Of a stretch of 64,000 bases of DNA, positions 39,300 to 53,048 are shown one piece after another. How positions within the stretch are numbered: the first letter of the stretch is position 1; each line of letters starts with the position of its first letter. The position numbers were made by a program, and so were the translations under genes. The DNA is taken from the NCBI RefSeq assembly GCF_009834535.1, contig NC_045697.1, positions 23,810,001 to 23,874,000 of the forward strand, read 5' to 3'. Source of the stretch: Camelus ferus (Eukaryota). The notes under the pieces are model-generated. The model was not told where the DNA came from, searched no databases, and was given only the letters and a program-made list of their open reading frames with translations.

Positions 39300-40857
39300 T
39301 GCACTCATTAACACAGTATATTTCTCTTTTTATTTTGGTCTTTAGTTTCTTTCAGCAGTATTTTTTTAGCTTTCAGTATATGATTCTTTCACATATTTTA
39401 TCAGATTTATCTCTTAAGTGTTTAATAATTCTATACTATGTTAAGTGGTATGTTTTGTTACTTTCTATTTCCATTTTGTTTGCAGTTAGTATATAGAAAT
39501 GAAATTGATTTTGTTATTGACATTGCATTCTACTATTGTTAACTCAAATTTTAGTTCTATTAGCTTTTTTGCAGATTTTATCAAATTTTCTATGTAGACA
39601 GCCATATTATCTTCAAATAAAGACATATGTACTTCTTTTGAATTTTTTAAAACTTTGATTTTATTGCCTTATTTCACAGATAAAGCATTGGATGTTGAAT
39701 AGAAGTAGGGAGAATGGACAAACTTATTGCTAATCTAAGGGGTTAAACATTCATTCTTTCAAAATATAACTAGTCACAAAATAAACAAAATTTAATTTAG
39801 CAAAATTGCTAGTTCTCTGAGAGTTTTTTTTTTTTTTATATCAGGAGTGGATGTTTGATTTCATCAAATTCGTTTTCTCTGTCAGCTGGGGCTTCATACA
39901 TCTTTTTCTGTTTAGTTTGTCAATATAATAAATTATACTGTTATATCCAATTGTTAAAACAGCCTGGAAAGTATGTGGCTACTGTTTCTTCAAGTAACAT
40001 TTCTTTCTCCACCTGTTTCTCTTATCATTTGGGGACCCTAATTAGGTTTAGACTGCTTAAAGTTGTCCCAGAATTCACTCTATGTTTTTGTTTTTAACAG
40101 TTTTCTTTTCTCTCTGATTTTGGTTTGAAAAGTTTCTACTGTTACATCTTCAGTTTCTGCCATGTCTTACCTGCTATTAATCCTATCTAGTGAGAGTTTT
40201 TATTCTCTGTTTCTCTTTCTCTAATTTTATACATTGTGGTTTTTATCTCTAGAAGATTAATTCAGATTTTTCTTTTGCTCTTACATATTACAACTTAATT
40301 TTTTAAATATATGGAATACAGTCTTGTGTTTTTGTTTGTTTGTTTGTTTTTATATTCCTGGATGCTAATTATAACATCTATGTCAGTTCTAAGTTAATTT
40401 TGATTAACATATCTTTCCATTATAGGTCCTATTTTTTTGCTTCTTTGCATGCTTGGTAATTTTTAATTGGATACCAGACTTTTTTGAACTTTATTTTAGA
40501 ATACTGAGTTACTTGGAAATAGTTTGAGCCTTTAAAGTCTTCATTTTAAGATTTGTTATATAGGACCAAAGAGGTTTTCAGCCTAGTCTTTCCCCACTAC
40601 TGATGTAAGGCCTTCATTAGTATTCTACCCACTACCTCATGAATCATGAGGTTTTCCAGTCCAGCTCTTGGGAAAAGACACAATTTTCACTTTCATGTTC
40701 ACTGAGGAATTGTGACCTCTGTTCCTTTTGATGCTTTTTCTCTGTGTCTTGGGTAGTTCCTTCACATGTATTTATTGGTCATTATTCACCTGAATATTTG
40801 AGAGAGACTTACTAAAAATCTTCAGTTTACTTTTTGTGCAGTTTTCTCTTCAGCATT

Positions 40858-40892
<35 letters not shown>

Positions 40893-40990
40893 ACTCCTAG
40901 TTTTCTCAGACTCTTGGGTTCGTATCCTCAAATTACAGAGTTCTCTGAGCTCCACCAGAATTTCTCCTTATGGAGCCATGACCTAGAATG
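39300..40990 (-). mobile_element. Old L1M fragments
   Basis: T-rich antisense L1 text (tttctttcagcagtatttt...tatatagaaatgaaattgatttt...gttgaatagaagtagggagaatggaca). Confidence 0.65.
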
Positions 40991-41050
40991 GTTTTTAAAT
41001 ATATGCTTGAAAGGAATGCTAGGGAAAGTAAGGTACAAAAGTGATGGCTT

Positions 41051-42116
41051 GATCATTTTCTTCTGTATTACCTTGTTTTCTTTTTTATTTTTGTGACTCT
41101 ATTATATACAAGGGCTTAATTTCCAGAATATATAAACAGCTCATACAACTTAATAAGAAAAACAAACAACCCAATCAGAAAATGGGCAGAAGACCTAAAC
41201 AAGCAATTCTCTAATGAAGACATACAAATGGCCAATAGGCAAATGAAAAAATGCTCAGTATCGCTAATTACCAGAGAAATGCAAATCAAAACTACATTGA
41301 GGTTTTACTTTACATCAGTCAGAATGGCCGTCATTCAAAAGTCCACAAACAATAACTGCTGGAGACGGTGTGGAGAAAAGGGATCCCTCCTACACTGTTA
41401 GTGGGAATGTAGTTTGGTGCAGCCGTTGTGGAAAACAGCATGGAGATTCCTCAAAAAACTAAAAATAAACTTACTGTGTGATCCGGCAATCCCACTCCTG
41501 AGCATATATCCTGAGGGAATTTTAATTTAAAAAAATACATGTACCACAATGTTCATAGCAGCATTGTTTATAATAGCTAAGACATGGAACAAGTTAAATG
41601 TCTATTCTTAGATGACTGGATAAAGAAACTGATATATTTATATGATGGACTACTATTCAGCCATAAAAAATAAGGAAATAGTGCCATTTGCAGCAACATG
41701 GATGGACCTGGGGATTGCCATTCTAAGTCACATAAGCCAGAGAGAGAGAGAAAAACACCATGTAATATCACTCATATGTGGAATCTGAAAAAAAAAAAAA
41801 AAAAAAGGACAGGTGAACTTATTTACAAAATGGAAACAGACTTACTGGCATAGAAAACAATCTTATGGTTACCAGTGGAGAAAGAGGGTCAGAAGGGATA
41901 GATTGGGAGTTTCAGATTTGCAGATTCTACTATATATAAAGTAGATAAACAACAAGGTTATATTGTGTAGCACAGGGAACTATGTTCAATGTCTTGTGGT
42001 AACCTATAATGAAAAAGAATATGAAAAATTATATGTGTATGTATATGTATGACTGAACTATTATGCTGTACACCAGAAATTGACACATTGTAACTGACTA
42101 CACCTCAATTAAAAAA
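41051..42116 (+). mobile_element. 5'-truncated L1 with a short inverted 5' segment
   Basis: TSD AAAAGTGATGGCTT (41037-41050 / 42117-42130); sense L1 from ~41108; 41051-41107 matches the L1 inter-ORF spacer in reverse complement. Confidence 0.92.
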
Positions 42117-43899
42117 AAAAGTGATGGCTTCATTTAAAAAGATTTTTACATATCCTAGCTAATAAAACACTAAATATGTTACATATATGAATGAAAAAGC
42201 AGATTTTAAAAGGTTAAGTAAATTTAATGAAGTAAAGAAAAACACATAGTGCACATTATGGCAATAGAAAAATAGAGTACTAAGGAAACACATGCCGAAT
42301 GAATTTAATCAGGAGAACCCACTTTAAAAAACAAAACAATAAACAATCAAGCAAAAAAATCACTTGAAAATACTTTAGACACTTTCTTCCAAAATTGATG
42401 CATGTTAGTGTTTGTACTAATATGACATGTCTATGAGGTTTTTAATATTCATTGTTTGTTTTTCTCCTAAAACATTCCTATTGTGGAAATTAATATTAAT
42501 CTAAATTTTCTTCTTCCCCTATGTCAGTGAATGAAGAAGAATAACAACTGTCATACAATCATCAAAAAATATTCTGTAATGAAATAGGAATAAATGATAG
42601 ATATGGTCTATCTCCAGTAGGACTTTGTTGGTAATTCATTTTCCACAAGCCTCCAGGTGTTACTGCTCCTTTTAATAGACTCTCTAGTGCCTTCTCTGTA
42701 GTGTGTTTTGAACTAACACACTGACACAGAGGAATAATGCTAAGGGGGGAAATAGGGCAACTCAGGCCTTAGTGAATGATTCAAAGAATGATTGAATCAT
42801 TTTTCTTTCTAGGATAGAAACGAGTTTTGTTTTTCAGTTCCACATTTTTATTATCATAAATAAGGCTAGCGTTTTCTGTGAAAGAATTTGTCTTATTCTT
42901 ACAAATACTCATTGAATGTATATAGGAAAGCAGAGGAGCTATAGAAATGGTATTGGAAAAAAATACAATGAAAATGACATATGTTCCTTTAGTAGATATC
43001 TGATCCCTGAGAGTATCATTCACACCGTTTGGTCCTGCAGAAAACCCATCATCCTTATAAATCTTTCCTGTATAATGGACTGTTCAGCTTCTTTTACTAT
43101 ACGTAACAGAGTTGTTAAATTACTTCTCATTACTTCTTAGTCCTTAGAGATGAGAAGTATGTGGAGTTAGTGGTTTTATACAAATGCTTTATTGTTTTCT
43201 AAGTCAGGTCAAAATAATGTTTGCTTCTACTCTTTGGTTCAATGCCCCTGCTTTTCCTTCTTTGTCCTTCTCTTGGGTTTTATGCTGTCCTCATTTCAAA
43301 TATTGGCATTTGGCTCTTTATAATCTCATATACTGAATGACTGCCAAATACTTTATAATATCAGGAAATATTAAGGTTTATAAGCCAGTTTTGGGTTGAG
43401 AAAAATGACAATGTGATGTGGTAAAAGGGAAATAAATAAATATAGAAAAAAGAAGAGAAAACCTGGCAGGATTGTATGATAGAATTTGATGTGAGGACAG
43501 TGAGGATGGAACACAGTGATATTAGGGGAAAAAAGGAGACAAAAAAGAAAATAATGAAACTTTACAAGGAGGGGGCAGGGCCAGAAGGAATAAGGCATTT
43601 GAAATATAATTTGAGTTTTGAGGTGAATTGGAAATTTAAAAATTTTCCAAGTAAGTAGCGTAAGGTGATGAAAAGTTTGAGATACTGAGAAATTATTTTC
43701 CCTTTCAGAAGAAGGATGCAAACTCTACTCTGGTTAATTTGAGGGAATAAACAATGGCAAGAAGCAAACAATGGCAAGAAAATAGTCATCAGTTTTCCAG
43801 GGAGAGTTGAATGTGTCGAGTTCTAGAATTTTCAGAGAACTTTTCTGTCAAGCAATAAAATGTGAGTTTTTAAAGTCAAGTAGGCAAGAATAATTGTAC

Positions 43900-45600
43900 A
43901 AATCCTTTTTTATTCATTTGTTTATTCACTTTATGAACATGTACTATTTATTAGACACTGCACAAAGTGTGATGATAGAATGATAGAAAGATAATTACAG
44001 TCCCTGGACAACTGAGTGATGATGGTATATCAGATCCTAGAGGAAGCAATGTTGGTGATGAAAAGAGGAATGAATGTGGATATATACTGAAAATTGAGTA
44101 GATATGCTCTCCTGATGAATTTGGATTTATGATGTAAATGAATGGGATCATGGATGACACCAAGAATTTTTACCTACACAGCAAGATATAGTTGTCTTCA
44201 GCTGAAGTCAGGAATTGAGTTTCTGGCTTGTTAAGATATATTTAGATGTATCTCAATATATATCCAATACATATTCAATATATCCAAGATATATTAAGTT
44301 ATATTTGAGATATTTTATAGAATATGTTGAGTAGGCAGCGGGGCCTAAAAGATTAGATTCAGGAAGAGCTAATTAGTCTGCAGAGAGAAAATTGCAAATC
44401 TTTGACATGTAGAGAGAGTATTTAAATCTGTGGGAATAGATCAGATCAGCAAGAGAGAGAAAATTTAGAGAAGAGATACAAGTACTAATTCCTATGGCAT
44501 TCTAAACTAAGAAGTTGAGGAGAAGAGATATAGATAAAGTAGATGGAGGAGGAGAAACTAGAGTGATAGAAGGGAAAAAGAAATAACAAAAGAGTATGTT
44601 GCTTTGGAAGCGTAGTGAAGGAAGTTTATAAAGCAAGAGGGAGTGATTAATTGGCAGTGTCAAATGCTGATGAATTAAATGAGATAAAGACTAAAAAGTA
44701 ATATTAAAAGGATACATGTTAAGGGATAGAGAACAGTGCAGTAATGGTGACATAAACATACTGAATATCCCAATCTTAACAGACTGTTGGCCTTGGGGTA
44801 CCAAGGGAGTGAGATGAAGGAAGTGATTAGGAATTAGGATAGATGACCCGACATTTAAGATGGCTACAGTGGTGTGTCATTCAAGTTATAGTTTGATTGT
44901 AGTAACAGATTGTTTAATTTTCAGGCATTTTTATGGTTGTAAAACCCTTAGTACTTTAAAATCAGACTTAATTGGAGAGTTTGTATGACCAAAATAAGCA
45001 AATTGTACAAATCCGGGCTTTTTTTCCCCTGTCTCCCAAAGCAGATTTACTAACATATCATGAATGTTTGCACATAATTATCATTGCAGTGTCTGTGGTG
45101 TAATTATTAGAATAAGTGCTAGAGTAAGCTGAGAGCTAAGCTAATAAGAGGAAATGAGTTCAAATCATTGAGAATCCAATGTAATGAAAGTACCATCTGT
45201 AAATTTTTCTTCATATGTATGTCAAAATAAAAAGTCAAGACAGCACTGGAGAGAGTAGCCATGAGGCGGAAACTAAAAACAAGTAGAAATGATGGGGTAT
45301 GACTATTCAGTTGTCAGATAATAGCATTGAGGAATAGTGTGTGATATACCTGTGTGATATTTGATACAAAGCTGGGGGTGTTTAGAATAAGAGAGGGAGA
45401 ATGGTCTAAAAGTGGCAATGGGGAAAGGCATCCAGGTGTCCCCTGTCCAGGCTCTGTAGTAAGAAAACTGTGTGAGGAAAAATAACCATCACTATATGGG
45501 AAGCAGAGTGTGTGGCAGGAAGCTAGATTTTTATTAGAGCATGAATATGAAGGGAAAATTCAGAGGAAAAGATCAGGATATAGGAGGCTATTTTGATAAA
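43900..45600 (-). mobile_element. LINE-2 (ancient, fragmented)
   Basis: Purine-rich reverse L2 text (ggatgacaccaagaattttt, gagggagtgattaattggcagtgtcaaatgctgatg...gagataaagactaaaa); boundaries approximate. Confidence 0.6.
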
Positions 45601-47677
45601 GTGTATTTCAAGAGTGTCATGAAAGATTTTGACAAATTAGAAAATGATGCATGTCTAGTGCTCATTATAATAATTATATCATAGGCACTACAGTGATAAT
45701 TACATACAGATATTCAGGGGATCACAGAGACATGCATATAAGATTGAGAGACATGGCGGTTAAGACTGAGAACAATATAAAGAGAAATACAGGACACAGT
45801 AAGGTTTGTTGTAGTGAGTTCAAGACAGGTAGGATGGTGAAGTTGTGTAGAGTGGCAGCAGTGGCAGGCTTCCTCTTCATCTTTGATGGTGAAATTACAA
45901 GATTTGGAAGGCATAATCTTAGGCCAGTGTGCAGGTCCACTCTGACTTTTTGGAGAATTGAGACTTCTGGGAACCAGTGTGTTATACTGTAAGCTCCTCC
46001 ACCTATTTTCATTGGTGATGTGAGAAGAAGGCCTAAAGGAAGTATGGCCTTTAGTCCCAGAGCCCAAGCCCACATTTGACCTCTGAGGCTGAGGCCCTTT
46101 CAAACTAAATAAATTTTCTAAATATGGAAATGGGAATTGGTTTTTAAACTTGTGAAGATTTTATTTTATTCTTCAGAAGTATAATAATGTAGCTGTCCAG
46201 GTATAGATCAAAGATAGTCATTGATGTGCAGGTGGCAGTGTTTTCAGAATTTAAACTGCCCGCTTATCCTCCTCCTGTGGATAAAATATATGTATTCAGG
46301 GTCCATTCAATGCCCTTTTTTGTTTGGTTGGTTGGTTTTTTGCTATGCGGAGGTGAAGGAAGGAAGCATATTTTGACCTGGGATTAGGATTTCATTACTT
46401 GCCAGTCAAGTCTGCAATACCATGAGGATACAGTGCGAGTAGGCAGTAAGAACTTTGCATAAGGAACCTAAGATTCTTCTAGAAAGAGAGGAACCTGATA
46501 CCCTAGGTACTTTCTGAGTCTCAAGTCAAGGAGGCAGGGTGGCATGAGATTGCCCTATCCTATATCTCATGGTAGAGAAGAAAAGATAAAATAACTTGAA
46601 GGGAAGTGAAATTTGGGTTGATGTCATGGTTTCAGGTAAATAAGGCATGAAGTTTCTTGGTAAGGACTGAAACCATTAGTTTACTATGTACAGGTGGAAG
46701 GTTCTTGGGACCCAGACTTCATTTTACAGTGTGATGTGCTGTGCTCTAACAGAACTGTAACTTAAGGGCCTGAGTGTGTCACACCACATAGAACTGGACT
46801 TGGGATGGTTGCTGAGTGGATAGACACCCTAGAGTTATATGAGCCCATAACAGATGCGGAGTCCACAGAAGAGGGCTCGTATCCCTCTTGCTGGGTAATA
46901 TTTCTCCTCCAGGTGACAGACAGACCTTCCTTGCTCCCAGATACTTTGGTGTAAATGAGTCTGGATTTCCTGGATAATTCAAGAATGTTTTTTTAGAAGA
47001 GAATTTTAATAACATTTTTTGGACTCCTGTGACTAAAAACATGATTGAAAGAGAGGTTACTGTGTTCTATTATGATTTCATAGGGCAGTTCGTACTAGAG
47101 TTAAGTTCTTAAAAGTTCGTCAGTTTATTATTTTAAAATATATGCTTAGTTACTTGTATGTTTTATTTTTCTACTTGCAGAATGTCCATTGGTTATTCAA
47201 CTTTGGGTCTTTACTATCTAACACAGTGGCAAACACCTACAAGGCCATTAATTAAAATTTGTTGAATGGGTTCAAAGGTTATAGCTCTCTTGATTCTCAC
47301 TTACATTCAGCCACTGGTGTCCAGAGTATAGCACTGTTACAGAGAACCAGCTCTAAGGTATTTAAAGAAGAAACCACATGCTGAGTTAGAATTAGCCTTT
47401 TCAAGCCATTAATTCATAATTGAATTCATAAATTAATTAATAAGTACATGGACTTTTAAGTTTATAGAAACATAAACATTTTAATTCTGTTGTAACCTAT
47501 AACTTGGCACTCTAACTTGAAAACAATAGATTTATGCCCAGCAGGTAGCCAATATATATTATTAGAAATTTCATGAATATATGCTTCTGAATTCTTCGAG
47601 TATTTTATTAATAGTTAAATGGATTATTTAAGCTTCTGATAAAATAATGAGATTTATGAGTGTTCAAATTGAATGAA

Positions 47678-48495
47678 GGAACTCTTAAAGCTCAACAATA
47701 AGAAAACAAACAACCTAATTAACTAATGAGCAAGAGACATGAACAGACACCTCATCAAAGAAGATATACAGATGGCAAATAAGAATATGGAAAGATGCTT
47801 GCCATCATATGTCATCAGAGAATTGCAGATTAAAACAGTGAGATACCATTACACACCCATTAAAGTAGCTGAAATCCAAAACACTAGCAACACTAAATGC
47901 TGGCAAGGATGTAGAACAACAGGAACTCTCTATGAAACCTTCACATAAATGTGTATTGCAGCTTTATTCATGATTGCCGAAAGTTGAAAGCAAAAGATGT
48001 CCTTCAGTCGGTGAATGCTCAAATAAACTGTGATATGTACATACAAGAGACTATTATTCAGCAAAAAAAAAAAGAAAAAAGAAAAAAAACTATTAAATGG
48101 CAAAAAAGAACTCTAAATTCATAATGCTAATTAAAAGAGGTCAATCTGAAAGGACTATGTACTATATGATTCCAATTATGTAATATTTTGGAAAATGGAA
48201 AACTGTGGAGACAGTAAAAAGATCAGTGGTTCCCAGGGGCCCCAGAAATGGGGAAAGGTGAGAGGAAAGGATAGGTGGATCATGGGGATTTTTAGTTCAG
48301 TGAAACTGTTCTGTATTATACTATAATGGTAGATAAATTTCATTAAAAATTGGTAAAAACCCACTGAATGAACATCACAAAAAGTGAACTCTAATGTAAA
48401 ATATAGACTTTAGTTAATAATAACACATTGTTGCAAATGTGCCACATTAATGTAAGATGATAACAGTAGGATAAACTGTGTATATGAGAACTCTC
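47678..48495 (+). mobile_element. Old L1M 3' fragment
   Basis: ORF2 C-terminal remnant (MNRHLIKEDIQMANK...RYHYTPIK) followed by an L1MB/MC-type 3' UTR. Confidence 0.8.
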
Positions 48496-50774
48496 ATACA
48501 AATAAAAAAATGAAGTCACTTTCTGTTCTTCAGAAATCTGTGTTAGTTACAGTAAGTGGAGAATTACCATTCTTATTACAACATACACACATATGCACGC
48601 ACACACACAAGTATCAGAGGACCATGTTGGTTTCATTGAGCTCCGGTACAAGCTCTGAAACTGATGAGTTGAAAAAAAAAAAAAAAATGGTGGAGAATGA
48701 ACATGATCTGGTTAATAGTATTCCACTGGCTTAGAAGCAGTTTGGAAAGCATATTTCTCTGTCCAGTGGTTTGCTGTACCCCATGGAGCCCAAAAATGAT
48801 TCTCTCTCCTAGTTTCATTACAATATTTTACTAGGGAGCTGTCTCTTGAGTGTCCGTTTTTGAAAGTAAAATGTAATGTTGAACTAGTTACTTCTTTACC
48901 AAAAGGAGAAGCCATATTTACCTGAATAGTATTGTAATTGTGAAACACAAAATGACTCTATTGCTCAGATTACCCAGGTGATGTTAGTTCTTAGTTCAGG
49001 CTACTTTTTGCACATTTAGTATTGTGTGTGTGGGTGCATGTGTTGTATGTGCTGGAGACCAAGAAATTATGCCCAAATCCAAGAGACCTTCCACGAATAA
49101 TTTTGATAATGGAACTGAACAGAATTTTAGAAATACAGTCTTACAAGTAGAGGTAATTGAGGAAAGAGGGAAGAAGACCCAGAGATAATCTGTAATATAT
49201 GTAATATATAAATAATATGTAACATAATATATACAATATATAAATCTGTATATATAATATGGCATATATTATATGTTTTGTATCCATGGTTTCTTTATAT
49301 TACTGCCGGCATATTTACTAGGAGAAAGTCTAGATTTGGAATAGTTGCTATTGGTCTTGACCATCCTCCAGTCGAAGCTACAAACAGTTGATGTGCAAGT
49401 ATCATACACAGTATGTAATTAATAGACTTTTTTATTTTCGACATTCTACAATTTTATACTTTATTGAGGGATTCTGTCTTCAAGTCTTAATAGTTACAAA
49501 TTTTACTGTTCATTTGGTTTTGTAGACTCCATTCCCTGTGACCATAAAGGAACATCTTATAGAGATCCCAGCAATTCTGATCCATTGATTTGAATATCGT
49601 TAAATTTCCTAGACCTTTTTTTGCATGAGCTGTAAACAAGCTTTCTCCATATTTCACTTTGGGAATTAGGTACCTCAGATGCTCTTGGAGGTAGGTGAGG
49701 TCTGTATTATAAATTCATGAAGCCATGAGTAAATCTTAATGCAACATTTTATTGACCTTAATTGCCAGAATATAAAAATTTCTAATCATTATTTTTTAAG
49801 TTACAGAAATTCCTCTCAACATCTACTCTTATAGTGAACTTTTAATAGACTAAACTATAAATGCTTTGACTATGATGATCACACATTCTTAGCTTTAGAT
49901 ACTGTTCTCTCTGGGTCTCATGCTCTTTTAAACATTGTAGAGTTCTAGGATAATTCTGTTAAATTGTTAAAATTTAGTAAAATTAAAATGTATTTATTTT
50001 TCTTTAAAAACAGTTAAAAATTCAAATTTTAATTCTGCAGTGAAGAAAAGTGTATATTATTATATATGTAATTATATATGCAAAGAGAACAATCTATTTA
50101 CCTAGTCAGAATCCTACTGTGAAAAACCATTAATGTTTAACAAATATTTTTACTGTCTGAAGCCTAACTACTAGAGAAATGCTATTAATCATATTAATAC
50201 TTTTCATTGTAGAACATTACTCATTTTGTTTGATGAAAGTGTAGAGTTTTTGACAATCTCCAGAGTGTCATCTGATTAGGATTATCATCACTCAAATCCA
50301 ACAGATATTGACATCCATGTTTTAAGAACATACAGCTCCTACTTACTGACATATTATTTGTAACTTTAACAGAAATTCAAGAGGAGGCAGTATCTTAGAT
50401 GTCTATGAGGGAAAAAAAAAAGCAGTCAGTTTTTGAGATAGATCAGCAACATTTTCTGTAAAACAGTGCATTCTTGTCTAAGTTAAGAAAAAGGTTATTT
50501 GGGCTTCTCCTACTTTATAAATGATTCCCCTGTGGAAAAACAAAAGCAAAAATGTTCCCCAAATTCATTAGAGCAAAAATCATGGAGAAATTCAAAGAAG
50601 CACATGAATTCTTGCCTAAATGTTATCTAGAGAAATAATAATGTTAATTTAAGGGAAACATTAGAGATTTTAGCTATTAGTTTATATTCAATAGAACCTA
50701 TAAATTTACTTTTGTTGACAAGCCAGAATAAAAAGTTTATTTTTTTCTAAAATACTCCAATATGGAGAAATAAT

Positions 50775-51082
50775 TTTTCCAGCTTATTGAGGTATAACTG
50801 ACAAATAAAATTACAAGACATTTAAAGTATACATTGTGATGACTTGATATATATTGTATATATTGGAAAGGATTTCTTTCATAAAGTTAAGTAGCATATC
50901 TGTCACCTCACAGATTTATCTTTTTACGGTTTTTTGTTTTTGTTTGTTTATTTTGGTGAGAACATTTAAGTTCTGTTCTCTTAGAAGTTTTCATTTATGC
51001 AATACAGTGTTATCAACTGTACTCACTATGTTATGCATTAGATCCTTAGACCTTATTCATCTTAAAGCAGAAATTTTGTACA
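50775..51082 (-). mobile_element. L1MA-type 3' end
   Basis: ttattgaggtataactgacaaataaaatt...ggtgagaacatttaag...gcattagatcc. Confidence 0.8.
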
Positions 51083-53048
51083 AGTCATTTAATGTTCATG
51101 CTTTCTCCAGCATTGAAGCAGAGAGTTACTAGGCCTGGTATAATTTCTGTAGGTCACATTTTAAAATTCACCTATTCTAGATTACCCTGATTTGCTTTAA
51201 TTTGATATATACTTTGTAGTGACCTGTGTATCCATGACAGTGCTTTATGTACTATGTGTCTGAATATGAAAAAGGAAGACATTAAACCCCACTACTGAAT
51301 GGAGGCACAAATAATTGATAACTAATGCTGTGAATCAGTAGTTGGCAAACACTTTTTTTTAAAAAGTCCAGATGGGACGGAGAAGATGGCGGAGTAGAAG
51401 GACTCTCGCAGGTCACCCTCTCCCACAAATACACCAAGACCCACATCTACAGACCCACTCAGCCAACCAGAGCACCTGTGGAACTCCGACAGAACATCAC
51501 CCTCTTCAAAAGATAAAGACGCCAAAAATCTGGTAGGAGAAAAGGAAAAAAGAAAGAACAAAAGGCAAAGCAGCTCGGGATGGGTCCCGCGGGGAGGGAG
51601 CGGCAAAGGAGGACTGGCGCTCGCTCGCTGGGTCTCCCCTCTCCAACTGAGAGGCCAGTGGGATGGAGGGGGAGTCTCCGAGGCGGGGATCTGTACAGAG
51701 CAGCCCTTCACTGACAGAACTAAGTTAAACGGGCACAGAGTGTCCCCCTGACACCCAGCCTGAGATGCGGGCCGGCAGCGGCGGGCAGGGCCAGGCTGCA
51801 CAAGCCGGGCGGAGGACGGAAGTGGCTGCACGGAGGCAGCCCCGGGGGAACGCAAGGGGCTGCGCGCCGTGGCTGTGGGTGCACAGGGCAGAACAACCTG
51901 GGCCCTCCATAAAACAGCAAGGTTGATGTGCTCTCGGGGGAAGGGTGCACACCCCCATCTCTGAGAACCCGCGGAAAGTTTACGGGGGGAAGAGAGGCGG
52001 GGCTCAGGCACAGCCTCCATATCCTCCGCGCTGAGCACTCAGGCGGGGGCGGGGGCAAAACCTGCATCCGCACCGAAGGGCTTAGCAGCCTCAAAGGCCA
52101 GACTGAGACTGGCCTGCAGCCCGGGGCAGATAGGATCCTTCCATCCTGGTCCCTCAGAGAACTTGCTCCACAAAGACAAACAAGGAGCTGGGTTTTGGCT
52201 CGGAGCAGGGACAGGGCTGTCCCTTGGTCTTCCCCGAGCCCACCTGCGGAGCGCCGGCCAGGGCAGAGCACGCAGCCGCACAGAGAGCGGAACTACCAGC
52301 GGCGCAGGTAGAGGGAGAGCGGCCCCCCCCGCCTTTCGGGCAGGAACACAGCCCCTGACCGAGGTGCTGGGAGGGGGCACGACCCGCCCTCCTACCTGGC
52401 CAGTCTGCAACATCTGACTGCAGCATCCACAGGGGCAGCGACCCGCCCGCCCACAGCAGAGAGCTGCACCTGACCCAGTGTTAGGAGGAGGCGCGATCTG
52501 CTTGCCGACAGGTGCTGGGAGCAGCACAGAAGAGGGCGCCAACGGAGGGCCTCTGAAAACAGCAAGCTGAGCTTCTAAAACAAGACGAAGACAGAAAGAC
52601 TTCACATTAAAAGCACACAGACTCCAGGAGAACACCGACAAATCCCCCCCCCCTTTTTTTTTAAATCTGTTTTTACCTGTTCTATTTTCTATTACTCTCT
52701 GAATCTTTACTTCTTAATTCATTTCTATTTCTCTTGGGTTTTGATGTCCTGCTATTGATCAGACACAGGTTTCAAATACATCTATTCATCCCCCCCCCCT
52801 TTTTTTGTAAAGGTTTTAAAAGGACGTCTCAACCCGATTAATACTCTGCTTCAACTTACTCTTCTATTATTCATTATACACTGTTTTCAAACCCTCTTTC
52901 TCCCTTCTTTTAAAATTCTTTCTCTCTCTCTCTTATTTTTTTTTTCTTTTTTTCCTAAGTTCTATTCCTAAATAGGCATCAGATAGATAAAATCCTTAAG
53001 GACCCAAATAAACAACTGATACTCTATAAACCACAGTGCCAAAGAGGT

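Noticed and set aside
45651..46103. Three overlapping ORFs of 113-129 aa, considered as a possible endogenous viral element or retrocopy
   Set aside because: No viral or cellular motif recognised; no TSD or poly(A); adjacent to degraded L2.
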